A DNA stretch of 63,782 bases, the filler included, from Octopus bimaculoides (Eukaryota): the NCBI RefSeq assembly GCF_001194135.2. It is 6 parts of 6 records of this genome, joined end to end, with 100 filler letters (N's around TTAATTAATTAA, not from the genome) between each part and the next. Parts side by side here need not be neighbours in the genome. Positions count along the whole stretch, not along the records: positions 23,297 to 52,923 come from NC_069001.1; 5 more parts are not named here. One strand, 5' to 3'. The notes below the pieces were generated by a model, which did no database searches, was not told where the DNA came from, and was given only the letters and a program-made list of their open reading frames with translations. Each line of letters starts with the position of its first letter. Position 1 is the stretch's first letter. Shown here piece after piece: positions 27,550-41,170 of the stretch. The position numbers and the translations under genes are program-made.

Positions 27550-28270
27550 AGCTTTCTTTATATTATGTTTGCCTTTCTCCTACTCCTCCTCCTCCTCCTT
27601 CCTTCTCCACTACCTTCTTTCTCTCTTTCTTCCCATCTCTCTCTCCTACCTTATTCCCCCTCTCTCGTTACGTCTCTCCTTGTTTCCATCTTTACGATAT
27701 TCTCCCCCCTCCCCTACATAACCTTTCGATCTTGCCTTCCTTCATCTCTTACCCTCTTTTTTTTCTCTTTTCTGTATTGCCTCCTACCATTAATCTCTCC
27801 CTCCTCCCTCCTTTTACGATATCCCTCCTTCCCCCCCCCGGCCACTATTTATACTCTATCACTTCTACTTCTACCCTTCACCTCTATTATACTCTTCTCT
27901 CACTATCCCTCATATACAATTTCTCTTTTGCACCCATCTCATATCTCCCTGTCTGTCCTCTCTTTTCTTAATTACATTGCATTCTCCCCTTCAAACCACT
28001 CTCTTTTCCGCCTTTTCTATCGATCGAACCCGCTTTCTTTTTCTCTTTCCTCTCCCCTATACCTGTCTTCATTTATCTCTTTATCAAATAGGTTTTCTGC
28101 CTCCTCTCCCTCATTCATATATATATATATACATACATATATATACACATATATATATATTCGTGTGTGTGTTACTTATCGTTATTGCCTTTCTCTTTCT
28201 CTTGTGTTCTCTTCTCGATTCTTTTTACCCTCTCTTTTCCTTCAATTATTTTCTGTTTTAATATTTCTCT
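27550..28270. repeat. Pyrimidine-rich (CT) low-complexity tract
   Basis: Strong C/T strand bias that generates spurious Leu/Ser/Pro/Phe-rich ORFs. Confidence 0.85.
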
Positions 28271-30976
28271 CACTGTGTGCACAAATGTAATTGCTTTTCT
28301 TTTAAATATTCATATATACATACATACGTCTATATATGTATATATATGCATGTGTGTATGTATCTATATATATATATATATATATATATGCATGTGTGTA
28401 TGTATCTATATATNNNNNNNNNNNNNNNNNNNNNNNNNNNNNNNNNNNNNNNNNNNNNNNNNNNNNNNNNNNNNNNNNNNNNNNNNNNNNNNNNNNNNNN
28501 NNNNNNNNNNNNNNNNNNNNNNNNNNNNNNNNNNNNNNNNNNNNNNNNNNNNNNNNNNNNNNNNNNNNNNNNNNNNNNNNNNNNNNNNNNNNNNNNNNNN
28601 NNNNNNNNNNNNNNNNNNNNNNNNNNNNNNNNNNNNNNNNNNNNNNNNNNNNNNNNNNNNNNNNNNNNNNNNNNNNNNNNNNNNNNNNNNNNNNNNNNNN
28701 NNNNNNNNNNNNNNNNNNNNNNNNNNNNNNNNNNNNNNNNNNNNNNNNNNNNNNNNNNNNNNNNNNNNNNNNNNNNNNNNNNNNNNNNNNNNNNNNNNNN
28801 NNNNNNNNNNNNNNNNNNNNNNNNNNNNNNNNNNNNNNNNNNNNNNNNNNNNNNNNNNNNNNNNNNNNNNNNNNNNNNNNNNNNNNNNNNNNNNNNNNNN
28901 NNNNNNNNNNNNNNNNNNNNNNNNNNNNNNNNNNNNNNNNNNNNNNNNNNNNNNNNNNNNNNNNNNNNNNNNNNNNNNNNNNNNNNNNNNNNNNNNNNNN
29001 NNNNNNNNNNNNNNNNNNNNNNNNNNNNNNNNNNNNNNNNNNNNNNNNNNNNNNNNNNNNNNNNNNNNNNNNNNNNNNNNNNNNNNNNNNNNNCACACAT
29101 AACACACGCATCGCCACTACGCGCGCACGCACGCACTCACAACTGCACTCACGCATATAGCCGCTCTCAATCACCCACGTACTCGCTCGCTCGTTCACTC
29201 ACACACGCAGGCATTTACCCATATACTCATTCGAATATGCACACATTCTCGTCCATCTTTTTATATCTTATATTAATGAGTTTGTCGTCAGTTCACGTTT
29301 CTCTCTCTCTCTCTCTTTCTCTCCTTCCCTCCCTCCGTTATATCTCTCACTCTCCCTTGCCTGCCTCCCCTCTCTCTCTCTCTCTCTCCCGCCATCACAC
29401 TCAATCTGTCCGCTTGGATCGGTTTCTCATTATTTCCAACTTAACAACTCTAAAAAAGCCCCAGTTCTTGTTGTTGTCGTTGATGTCATTATTATAAAAG
29501 GGATTTTATAAATTATTTTTTCACTCTCTTTTTCCCTCTTCTCTCCTATTTGTTTCCCATCCCCCCCTCTGCCTCACCTCCACCACCTTACTCAATCTGC
29601 AACTAATTCCATGTTTAATCCGCGTCTTGTCTGTTTTCTTTTTCCGTTTTTAAAGTCTTGGGGCGATCGAATTCGCTGTCGTCTTTATATAATCCTTACC
29701 ACACTCTTATTGTATGAGACAGCTATAAGACTTCTTTATACATGGTTGAGCAACTTGCTAGAAATAACAGCCAACGCTCACTCCGAATTATCCCTCTGTC
29801 GTAAAACAAAAGTAAAAACACATTGGACAGTGTAGTCCCATATACACTAAGTCTGTTGGTGATGATGGTTAGAATGTCTTGATCAGAGCAGACTTGGGCT
29901 AAACACGTCCAACGTCTTAATTATGCAACCCGAGACAACCTAAACGTGGTCGTTCCATCCTTTAGAAATAGCAGCCAATACTCACTGAACTTAGGCCTTT
30001 TGGTACATTAGATGATATAAAGTTCTAGGTGCATTGTTTAAGAAAAAATAAACTGGATTACCATGGCTGGAACGCTTTTGTTATTCCATCTGCTCCCGTA
30101 GTTAGTTAGACGACTCTCGTATTTCCAGCCCTCACAACACAAGATTTGTCGTTTGACAACGTTCCCTCTCCTAGAAGCTTCGGCTTGCTAGAAATAGAAA
30201 CCAAATCTACCCACGAATCACATCTTACCGTCTTCAAGAACACGTTGGATAATTTGGTCCCGGGATCCTTGCTCTGAAAGAAGACACGTCGGTCACAGCT
30301 GAAATGCCTCTAATCATCGATTTCTTTTTATTAGGGGTTGACCTGTAGCTAAACATCCTTAACTACTGCCATCATCATCATCATCTAATGACAGCGTAAC
30401 GACAAAACACACCATGAGGACAGCAAACATTACTTAGTAAGCTGAATCTGCTAGAAATAGCTGCTAAATCACACTTAGGAAAAAGGATGGAGCATTGAAT
30501 AATAATGTAGTAGTACACTAAACATAAGTCATGGCTGGAATGTCTGTGATCAAAGCGAGTTTAGACCCTGAATAGTCATCCTCGTTAATGTCAGCTTTCC
30601 TCCATACGCCTACACTCCCCTCCTCTTCACCATTGTCAGGAAGGTACACCATCATAAGGAGAGTATTCTGTCAACACCATCCCTTTCGTTAGAGATGGGT
30701 ACACTAGCAACTAACTCCTCCCTCCCCTTCTTTACCATCACACGGGGGGTGTAGTATAATAACATGAATAGCGCCCACTCCCATACGTCTCCGTCCCCTC
30801 GCAATTATAAGCAGGGTGGGTGCCCCGTCGATTCACCCCTCATCCACTTCAATATCCCTGTCATTATCGTCTCATTGCTTAATATAGCAAACATTATGAA
30901 ATACTACCATCATCCCGCCACAGCATCGTCGGCAAAATATCTTGGTGGGTTATTTGTACTCCACATTTTTACGTGC

Positions 30977-31365
30977 GGAGGCGCAATGGCCCAGTGGTTA
31001 GGGTAGCGGACTCGCGGTCGTAGGATCGCGGTTTCGATTCCCAGACCGGGCGTTGTGAGTGTTTATTGAGCGAAAACACCTAAAGAAGCTCCACGAGGCT
31101 CCGGCAGGGGATGGTGGCGAACCCTGCTGTACTCTTCCACCACAACTTTCTCTCACTCTTACTTCCTGTTTCTGTTGTGCCTGTAATTCAAAGGGTCAGC
31201 CTTGTCACACTGTGTCACGCTGAATATCCCCGAGAACTACGTTAAGGGTACACGTGTCTGTGGGGTGTTCAGCCACTTGCACGTTAATTTCACGAGCAGG
31301 CTGTTCCGTTGATCGGTTCAACTGGAACTCTCGACGTCGTAAGCGGCGGAGTGCCAACAACAACA
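30977..31365 (+). mobile_element. tRNA-derived SINE, family C, young full-length copy with (ACA)n tail
   Basis: A box TGGCCCAGTGG and B box GGTTTCGATTCC in the head. About 390 bp, highly similar to 44199-44569. Confidence 0.88.
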
Positions 31366-32599
31366 GCTTCACGGTATCAATTCGAATCGCACTGAGGTCA
31401 ATTTTGTCTTTCTTCCTTCCAGGGCCGATGTAACTGATAATCCCCTTGCCCCATAAATTTCAGTCCTTGTGTCTATTATAGTAAAAAGGATTGTCAACAC
31501 AACCATCCCATCTATACTTATACAGCATCGGTAAAATGTCTTTGTGGACATGTGTTCCGTATCTTTACATTCTCGTTTCAAATCCCGCTGAGGCTAGTTT
31601 CGCTTTACATTCCTTCTGGGCTCGATGAAATTAAGTACTCACGGCTCTCCTCGAAATTGTTGTCAATGTGCCTAAATTAGAAATTATTATTATTATTAGT
31701 CTGTCCTTACGTTCTGAGTTCAAAAATCCTCTTTGCAATCAATAAACAAGATAAGATGGTTGTGGCTAGAATTCCTTTGGTATATCCTAATGGTCTTGCT
31801 CACTCAGGATTTAACACCGTCATTTGCTATTAACAATTGCACTATTACGACCACCACATCGGTGTTGTTAACAATAACAACAACGCCCGGGTGGTCACAA
31901 AGATAGCAACACCACAACCGACGCCCATCTCGATATTATGATCGGTACTGTAGCCAATACTACTACAATATCAACCACCACCACCACCACCACCATATTT
32001 GAATCACACTATCATCACTATAACATTCCTGAATACACCGCGTCCACCGCCGCCATCCACAGCATTATTAGCCACGCCACCATCGCAAATCTGTTTTGTA
32101 ACATGATGGCAGTATTTGGTGGTGTCACACACACACACACACACACAAAAACACTAGATGCCCATCTTTGCTATTTACTTCAGTCTCCACTAACACCAGA
32201 ACTCTTGACATTTATGTTCACCATACAATAAACGATAACATTGCTGTGGTCACATTAGCACCACCGCCGCCGCCGCCGCAGTAACGTTCGTTCCGTGGCG
32301 TTAGTTTCCATGCCTTTGACAAACCATTTAGTGTTATGTCTTATTTACACTGATTGTATGGAGGATTGTTTGAGGTGCTTAAACCTGTACATTGTCTCGA
32401 TAACACCTTTCTAGCTCCTCTTCATTGATGGTCACCTTGTTTATAATATCCACCCACCCATCTCTCTTTATCTGTCTATTTATCTATCCATCTATATCAT
32501 TTGTCTATCGATATCATCAATCATTATATCTATCTATCTATCACCTCTATATCACCTATCTATCTATCTGTCTGTTTGTCTACACTCTCGCGAAACTAA

Positions 32600-32957
32600 T
32601 TCTTTTACTTATTTTATTTGTTGACACACGGCTGTGCTGGGGGAACCGCATTGAAGGGATTCGGTCGAATAAATAGATCCCAGTACACTTCATCAATTAC
32701 TTTTTCGCCGAACCGCTAGCTTGTGGGAGACGAAAACAAACCAGCACCAGTTATCAATCGTTCAAGAGACAAAAAAGCGCACGTGTGTTTGTGCGCGCAA
32801 ACACGCACACACACACACACACACACAGAGTTTCCGTCTAATTCATTCCCAAAGCCTTGGTCAGTCCAGGCTTATAGCAGAAGACATTTGTTTGCAGTGG
32901 TACTGAACTCAGAACCACGTGGCTGCGAAACGAGTTTCAAGCACCACACAGACATGT
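32600..32957 (-). mobile_element. SINE family A, old diverged copy
   Basis: Degenerate blocks (gccgaaccgctag; tttccgtcta; ctgaactcagaaccacgtgg; accacacag). Confidence 0.6.
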
Positions 32958-33376
32958 GCTGAGACATGAATGCGTGGTTGAGAAATATCACTTCACCACC
33001 ACTTTAGTTGCGGGTTCAATCGCAATGCATGCACGCTACCTTGATCAATTTCTACAGGTTTATTTGGTTTTTCTGTTTTGTTTTGTTTTCTTTTAATGAT
33101 CGGAATTTGGTAAGTGGAAACTGTCTCGGAGCACTCGTATATCAACTGCAGTACTCAACATCAGTTTGGTATATATTTTATCGATGATTGTCGAAACGGA
33201 ACACAACAGAATTATTTTTAAACCGTTGTAAATACAAACATACACGAACGTGTGTGTGTTTCTGATGTGTCCATGGTACTTTGATGAGGTGAAAAGATAT
33301 CGATTAAATTAGTAGGGTCAATATATATTACATTTTCTCATTCCAAAGCTTTCACAGAGGCGTGCAATCTCCGCTT

Positions 33377-33413
<37 letters not shown>

Positions 33414-33566
33414 CGGACAGTAACTGTCCGATGAACGGGAACGTGAAACTCAGAGTAACGGTTTTTTTGTTATATTTCTGCTGCTTTTAAATAAAGCATA
33501 TTACTCTACCTCTGGTATTTGAGTACTCTTTTTTCCACCTTGTTGCACATTGCATGTGCTTACTCC

Positions 33567-33568
<2 letters not shown>
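33414..33568 (+). mobile_element. 155-bp interspersed repeat embedded in a (TA)n array; homologous to 13025-13150 (- strand)
   Basis: Shared blocks actgtcc..gaac.ggaacgtgaaact and taaagcatatta(c)tctacctctggtat occur in both places. Flanked by (TA)n at 33377-33413 and 33569-33599. Confidence 0.6.
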
Positions 33569-33601
<33 letters not shown>

Positions 33602-34196
33602 GGAGCGATCCATTTATCTTGTTTTAGTCATTGGACTATGGCCATGCCGGGACACTTCTGTTTCTCCATATAAGCTGGCTTTGCCTTTTTAACTGACTTC
33701 GGTTCGGTTGTCATCTCCTCTCTACCTTTTCTCATTCACCTTACGTATCAATTAGTTTTATTCATTAACCAATACAAATAGTCTGTGTAATTATAGTGTT
33801 GGCCTTGTTTCCTTCGTAGATATATCGATATATATAGAGCTCATCCCTAAACGTCAGCTCGAGATGTAGGGGTTGATTTTTTTATAAAGGTCATCTCTGT
33901 TAGCCTCCGTCAGTATCGACGATTCGTGTCCAGTCGTTTAACTGCATATTTGGCATTCCACAGGCACGTGTTATTCTCAGAGAGAATCAACGCGACGCAG
34001 TGGTGTAATTGGATGTTTTTTCAATGAGGGTTTTCCGTTCGGTTTTTTATGTACCCAATTTCACACACTAGGCTTTTTGCCCAAAAATGTTACGGCACCT
34101 CATCATTGCCTAAACGTTCAGTCATGTGTTATATAATCTCATCCACCCATCGACAAAACACAGCTAAATGTTCATATGCAAGTTTTATCTTGTCAG

Positions 34197-34319
34197 CACG
34201 TTCTGGGTTCAAATTCTGCCGAGGTCAACTCTGCCTGTCATCCTTTCGGGTTCGATGTAAATCGACCTAGCTCTCCTTCGAAATTGCTGGTCTTGTGCCA
34301 AAATATGAAATCAATATTT
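34197..34319 (+). mobile_element. SINE family B, 5'-truncated
   Basis: cgttctgggttcaaattctgccgaggtcaactctgcc...gtgccaaaatatgaaa. Confidence 0.7.
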
Positions 34320-34352
34320 ATATGCTGGTTAGCATCAGACCCTAAATTGATT

Positions 34353-34748
34353 AGGAGTGGCTGTGTGGTAAGTAGCTTGCTTACCAACCACATGGTTCCG
34401 GGTTCAGTCCCACTGCGTGACACCTTGGGCAAGTGTCTTCTATTATAGTCTCAGGCCAACCAAAGCCTTGAGTGGATTTGGTAGACGGAAACTGAAAGAA
34501 GTCCGTCATATATATGTATATATATATGTATGTTTGTGTGTCTGTGTTTGTTCCCCCAGCATCGCTTGACAACCGATGCTGGTGTGTTTACGTCCCCGTA
34601 ACTTAGCGGTTCGGCAAAAGAGAGACCGATAGAATAAGTACTACGCATCCAAAGAAATAAGTCCTGTAGTCGATTTGCTCGACTAAAAGGTGGTGCTCCA
34701 GCATGGCCGCAGTCAAATGACTGAAACAATTAAAAAAGTTAAAGAGTA
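34353..34748 (+). mobile_element. tRNA-derived SINE, family A, full length
   Basis: Head GGAGTGGCTGTGTGG (A box) ... GGTTCAGTCCC (B-box-like), body caccttgggcaagtgtcttc...gtagacggaaactgaaagaag, central TA/TG repeat, tail cagcatggccgcagtcaaatgactgaaac. At least 10 copies in the window. Confidence 0.85.
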
Positions 34749-35150
34749 TTGGTGTTTTTTGACTGTTATGGATTTTTCCACCCTTTTTTTTTCGGATTTA
34801 CCTTGGAGCAAATGCTAAATTATATCAGATTTGTGTCCTCACATGTTGCATTAGCTTTGAATAATAATATAGTTTATATTGCTTATTGCTAAAGAGTGTT
34901 AATTATAATTAAAAACATAACGGATTATACATAATATAGGTGGGAGAAAGATCCAGAAGTAAACTTTTGTTTATCTATTATCTCCTATTCAGAACTAATT
35001 ATATCAGGAAATGGCGAGGAAAGCCTGTTTGTTGTGGTTCGAGTTATCTTAGGGCGAAATTCAGGCCCTAATTAACTGATGCCACCCACGCTCCTCACCT
35101 GAGGTTTGACAATGTTATAACATACATATATATAAATACATGGTATAGTG

Positions 35151-35554
35151 TCTTTTTACTTGTTTGTCATTTCACCGCAGCCGTGTTGGAGCACCGCATG
35201 AAAAGGATGTTTTTAGTCGAAGAAATTTCCCCACCCCAGGGCTTATTCTTTGAAAGTCTAGTACTTATTCTATCGGACTTCTTTGCCGAACTGCTACGTT
35301 ACGGGGACGTATACACACCGACATCGGTTGTCAAGCGATGGTGGTTGGGTGGGGGTACAAACACGTGCGCGCACACACTCACAAACATTTATATATACCA
35401 CGGGCTTCTCTTAGTTTCCGCGCACCGTATCTGATCATAATACTTTGGTTGGCCCGAGGCTATACTAGAAGCTACTTGCCCAAGGTGCCTCGAGGTTGGA
35501 CTGAACCCGGAACTATGTGGTTGGGAAGCAAGCTTCTTACCACACAGCGCCCCT
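35151..35554 (-). mobile_element. SINE family A, full length, inverted relative to 34353-34748
   Basis: Reverse complement of the same head, body and tail blocks. Confidence 0.85.
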
Positions 35555-35574
35555 ATTAGGTGTACATACTTTTA

Positions 35575-35626
<52 letters not shown>

Positions 35627-37672
35627 TATGCTGTATTTTGTTTACCCCCTCTCTCTCTCNNNNNNNNNNNNNNNNNNNNNNNNNNNNNNNNNNNNNNNNN
35701 NNNNNNNNNNNNNNNNNNNNNNNNNNNNNNNNNNNNNNNNNNNNNNNNNNNNNNNNNNNNNNNNNNNNNNNNNNNNNNNNNNNNNNNNNNNNNNNNNNNN
35801 NNNNNNNNNNNNNNNNNNNNNNNNNNNNNNNNNNNNNNNNNNNNNNNNNNNNNNNNNNNNNNNNNNNNNNNNNNNNNNNNNNNNNNNNNNNNNNNNNNNN
35901 NNNNNNNNNNNNNNNNNNNNNNNNNNNNNNNNNNNNNNNNNNNNNNNNNNNNNNNNNNNNNNNNNNNNNNNNNNNNNNNNNNNNGTACTTTTTTCATGTT
36001 TATAAACTCACACAACTCGACATATATGCATTGCATTGGCGCTTCTAATATTTGAGCGGGAAAAAAAAAAATAAGGACGTCGTCCTATCAATTGTGAATT
36101 GAACCCTTAAAAACCCCCTTCCTTCTTCCTTCATAAGAAATTCTCTCTATTACCTCTCCCCTCTGAAAATAAGAAACCCTTTGATGTGTAATTTGCTCAG
36201 CTTTTCACATTCTTTTTAATGTTTTTTCCTCCTCCCCTGCATCTCCATCTCTCGATTTTCGTGTGAGGTGCGGCAAATTATGATGACATACAATTGAAAT
36301 CATTACGAGTCAAGGAAGGCAAACCAGACTAACCCTGCAAAGCAATCACTCACACTCTTGGTATTTCCTTCCAGAAACAACCCCACCTCGTTCTTTTTCG
36401 CAAAGAAATCCCCCAAAACAATTAGGGCCCCACCTCACTTAAATGTTGTTTTTTTCTTCATATTTATTATTTTATTAGGGATCTCAACCAAGTTTTTGTC
36501 TGTCACTTCAAATTCTCTCCTTTTCTCTTACAAGCTTTTAACCTTTTCTCTCTCTCGCCTGTATAATTCACGCCTTTTCTTTTTTGGCATTTTGATCTAG
36601 CTCTAGTTCAGTCGGTCACTACAGAACAGATTTACTGTCAAAGACATTCCATTTATGACCATCTCATCTAATTTTGAACCATAGTTTATTTAGAACTACC
36701 AATATCTGCACGCATACATTTTTATCCCAGAAAATTAGCTTGCCTAATAGTATCATTTCAAGAAAAACCCTACTAATATTGAGGTGTGAGTCTCATATTC
36801 TCGGTTCATTATCGCATGCTGTTTCTCTTTCTGTCTCTTGTTTTAAGTTGGTAAGATATGACTAGAGATTTGACTTCTATTTCTGGCAATTCAAGCGATC
36901 ATATATTCTGTAAAAGCTCCCTCGTCCGCTTTTTTGTTTCTGCTTTTCGTCAACTATTAGAAATACAACTTGTGTTACGTTGAGCCTCGGGTCAGTCCTA
37001 ATCGAGTTGATCTATGGTTCAGAATCTATTTTGCCATGACCATCCAGTTTTTTAAGGTTATTTAATAATACACATTTTTAATGTTTTATTTTTGTTGTTT
37101 TTAGGTGTGATTTGTATAAGAGTTTGTTATTATTCTCTTTGTTTTTTTCGTTTGTTCACTTGAATGGTGTGTTTTATATAAACCGCATAATAAGACTGCA
37201 TGTAAGAACATTGACGTACAATTCATGGATAGTCGAAATTTTTAAGAAGTCCGCTTCGTTAGCCCAAGGTGTCGGGTTCGATTCTACAGCATGACTTCTT
37301 GATAAATGTCTTTTAATTTAGCCTTCTAGCCTTCTCAGTGAAAGTGAGTTGTGGGGGAACCCCCTTTCGGATAGATTGTACTTGTAATTTAAAAGTTCAC
37401 ATATCGAGTCGTGCTGATCACGTCTAAGAATTAACGTCAAGGATATGTCTTTGCAATAATAATGAAGTATTTTAAGTTAATTGAAGAACTTAATACTTAG
37501 GGTAGAAAACCTTAGAAATCTATTTACTGTTTATACAGTTATAATTGAATATCTTTAAGGATGGCTACAAATGGAAATTTGTCAGATAATTTTTCTCATT
37601 GAATACCACGAAGAGTTATTTAGATTTTTGCATTTTGTCATTATTAAATTAATCATTTTTGAAGAAATGTTT

Positions 37673-37724
<52 letters not shown>

Positions 37725-39180
37725 GTAAGTTTATGTATATATTGATATTATTTCAGTTTAAAAAACCTTGACAATGTAAATATGTTAATAGTTACCATGG
37801 GTAGCAAAAATCACACAAAAAACCCAGGATATCACACCCGTTTTATAGGTAGAGATACCAAGTTAAAGTGATGCATTTTAAGTAGATATGAATAATAACA
37901 ATAAATGGAGCAAAACGCATATATTTATTGTTATTATATGTATATATATAGATCTTTGCACGTTGCATAATAATTATACGACCGTCCTTGTCAAATCCCT
38001 CCGCAAACTTCGGAACTTTGAATGAAAGAAAGATAAAACTTGTATAATGTGCTGGCTTATTTCAGCTAGCTTTGACCATCTTTCTATAAACCTGTTTAAG
38101 TCGAGTAAATCTAATTAAAGGCGTCCACGGTTTGTTTGTTTTTCTTGCTTTTTTGTTTTATGCATACTTGTATTGTTAGAAGTTTATGTAACGATCGAGT
38201 ACAACTATAAATAAATATTGCTCAGATCACGAGGAACACTGTGTAAATGTGTGTGTGATTGTGTGTGGTGAACAGGGCCTCCGAGAGCGATTTATTCAGT
38301 AAGGCAGAACACAACTGCTTTCGTTGTCTGAGATGGGGTTCATTTTTAATATTCAAATGTACAGAACATTTCATTTTGTTTTTTTTTTTCGCTCTACCCT
38401 TTCCCTCACGAGGAGTAGCACAGATAGTTAGGAGCTCTCCGGGACGTGTACCAATGTAGCGGATGAACTTCCCACTCACAGGTCCTGTGTGTATATTCCA
38501 TGTGTATTGTACATTAATTCCGATTACTGCAGTCGTTGTTAGTCCTGATCCAGCAGAATGAAACGTACTTTTTATTTTTTTATCTCTCACACATTTTAAG
38601 AAATGAAATCACCTACAAATACTGTTGAAACGTTGTCCTACAAGCTTCCGCCAAACATGAATAAACTAGTCAAAACTTTCAACAAACCCCGACATTTATA
38701 CAAGAAGTACCGCGTCTTAGAAAACCCCATAAAAAGCAAGCACAGTGTTGATGATGATAAAATACGTAACAGTCCTTAAGTCTCGGATTTGTTAAGTACC
38801 AGTCATATAATCGTCTGTTCAGTTTACCGCTACCGATTTTCTCCAGTTCTCTGGTCTTTGTGCTCAAGTTATAATAATACCGATGTTGTGTTTCCTTTAC
38901 GTTTCGTCGCTTCTCCCACCTCAAACACACCTCAACATTAATTAGTTGTAGAATCAGCTACATTGTGTACACATCAAATCTCTATTCATACAGTCACACA
39001 CACACACTCTCTTTCTCAATCTTTTCCCTCGTCATTCACTATATATCTGTTTCTGAATGATGCATTGTATCGTTCTCTCTTTCGGCGGTCCCCCCCCCCA
39101 CACAGCTCTCATTCTTTCTATCTTTTTCTCGTTATCTTTCTTTTCCCATACGTTCTTTCTCCTCCACACAGTTCTCACTT

Positions 39181-39211
<31 letters not shown>

Positions 39212-40128
39212 CTCTCTCGCTCTGTGTCACTGATTTCATTCGTTTTATTCCCTTTTCCGTCTCTCTGCTCTTTTTTAAGGTCGTACAAACAGTCTCTCTT
39301 CTTNNNNNNNNNNNNNNNNNNNNNNNNNNNNNNNNNNNNNNNNNNNNNNNNNNNNNNNNNNNNNNNNNNNNNNNNNNNNNNNNNNNNNNNNNNNNNNNNN
39401 NNNNNNNNNNNNNNNNNNNNNNNNNNNNNNNNNNNNNNNNNNNNNNNNNNNNNNNNNNNNNNNNNNNNNNNNNNNNNNNNNNNNNNNNNNNNNNNNNNNN
39501 NNNNNNNNNNNNNNNNNNNNNNNNNNNNNNNNNNNNNNNNNNNNNNNNNNNNNNNNNNNNNNNNNNNNNNNNNNNNNNNNNNNNNNNNNNNNNNNNNNNN
39601 NNNNNNNNNNNNNNNNNNNNNNNNNNNNNNNNNNNNNNNNNNNNNNNNNNNNNNNNNNNNNNNNNNNNNNNNNNNNNNNNNNNNNNNNNNNNNNNNNNNN
39701 NNNNNNNNNNNNNNNNNNNNNNNNNNNNNNNNNNNNNNNNNNNNNNNNNNNNNNNNNNNNNNNNNNNNNNNNNNNNNNNNNNNNNNNNNNNNNNNNNNNN
39801 NNNNNNNNNNNNNNNNNNNNNNNNNNNNNNNNNNNNNNNNNNNNNNNNNNNNNNNNNNNNNNNNNNNNNNNNNNNNNNNNNNNNNNNNNNNNNNNNNNNN
39901 NNNNNNNNNNNNNNNNNNNNNNNNNNNNNNNNNNNNNNNNNNNNNNNNNNNNNNNNNNNNNNNNNNNNNNNNNNNNNNNNNNNNNNNNNNNNNNNNNNNN
40001 NNNNNNNNNNNNNNNNNNNNNNNNNNNNNNNNNNNNNNNNNNNNNNNNNNNNNNNNNNNNNNNNNNNNNNNNNNNNNNNNNNNNNNNNNNNNNNNNNNNN
40101 NNNNNNNNNNNNNNNNTCTATCTATCTA

Positions 40129-40171
<43 letters not shown>

Positions 40172-40995
40172 TCCCCTCTCTTGTCTGTTTTTTTAATTCT
40201 ATTTGCCATCTTTTGTCGTCTCTTTCTCGTTCATATTTCTCTCAAACGTAGCAGTTGTGTGTGTCCATTATAAAGAACTGCTTCTGTTATTGTGCAAAAA
40301 GAGTGAAGAGAACTGCAAGTTGATATCGTAATGTTAATTGTCTAATTGTCCCAGAGCGAAACACTTAAGCAAAGCTGTAGTAAATTGAAAGAAGCGGTTA
40401 AGTTGCTTGGCTAACAAATATTACATCTAAGCAGGTCTGTAAAATAAGTACACATGTTCTGAGGTCACTGTATAACTCACCTTATTTTTTTTGTACCAAT
40501 GTCGTTGTTGTTTTATTAGATTAATCCTCATTAATACAGATCTGGCATAAAATACGGCCAGAATCATACTATCTTTGTCCGTCTTTTCTTTTAAGAGAAT
40601 AGGCCATGATTTGGCTGCTATTTTTAGCAGATCCACCCATCGCGCACTCTTCCCACCGGGTCGTCGTTGTCCCCGACGAATGTCAACAAATGAAAAGATA
40701 AATATCCTGACAAGACCAGCCGCAGCACCGAGCTTTCAATCGTCTGCTTTAATTAATTTTATTGGTTGCTGTTAATTCTCGAAATAGACTAAATATTATA
40801 TTATCTCGCTTCTCACTCCTATAACAATGTTATCATTTTTGTTAGTGTTTCCTCTTCTAACTCTATAGGAATTGGGTTAAAAATTCTGCCCGAGTTCAGT
40901 TAAAGAAATAAAAATCCTAGTTATTTATTTGGAGTCAGTTTAATTAACCGTTTATCTCTTCCCTGCTAACAATGTTTATGACTGTATTAGGGTTG

Positions 40996-41170
40996 AAAGC
41001 TGGCAAAATGTTAGCAGCATTTCGTCCGTCGTCCGTTCTGAGTTCAAATTCCACCGATATCGACTTTATTTTTCATCCTTTTGGGTACCAGTTAATCCTG
41101 GGGTCGATGTAATCGACTTACCCCCACCCCTGAAATTACTGCCCATGTGCCAAAATATGAAACCAATATT
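40996..41170 (+). mobile_element. SINE family B
   Basis: agctggcaaaatgttagca...gagttcaaattcc...ggggtcgatgtaatcgact...gtgccaaaatatgaaacc. Confidence 0.75.

Noticed and set aside
30977-31050. tRNA gene in the head of SINE C (also 44199, 50376 and the B-box fragment at ~16955-16990)
   Set aside because: A and B boxes are present but there is no acceptor stem or complete cloverleaf, and the sequence continues into a repeated SINE body.
38222-38590. 122-aa minus-strand ORF (…GKFIRYIGTRPGELLTICATP…)
   Set aside because: No recognisable domain or clear splice context; cannot be supported as coding without expression data.
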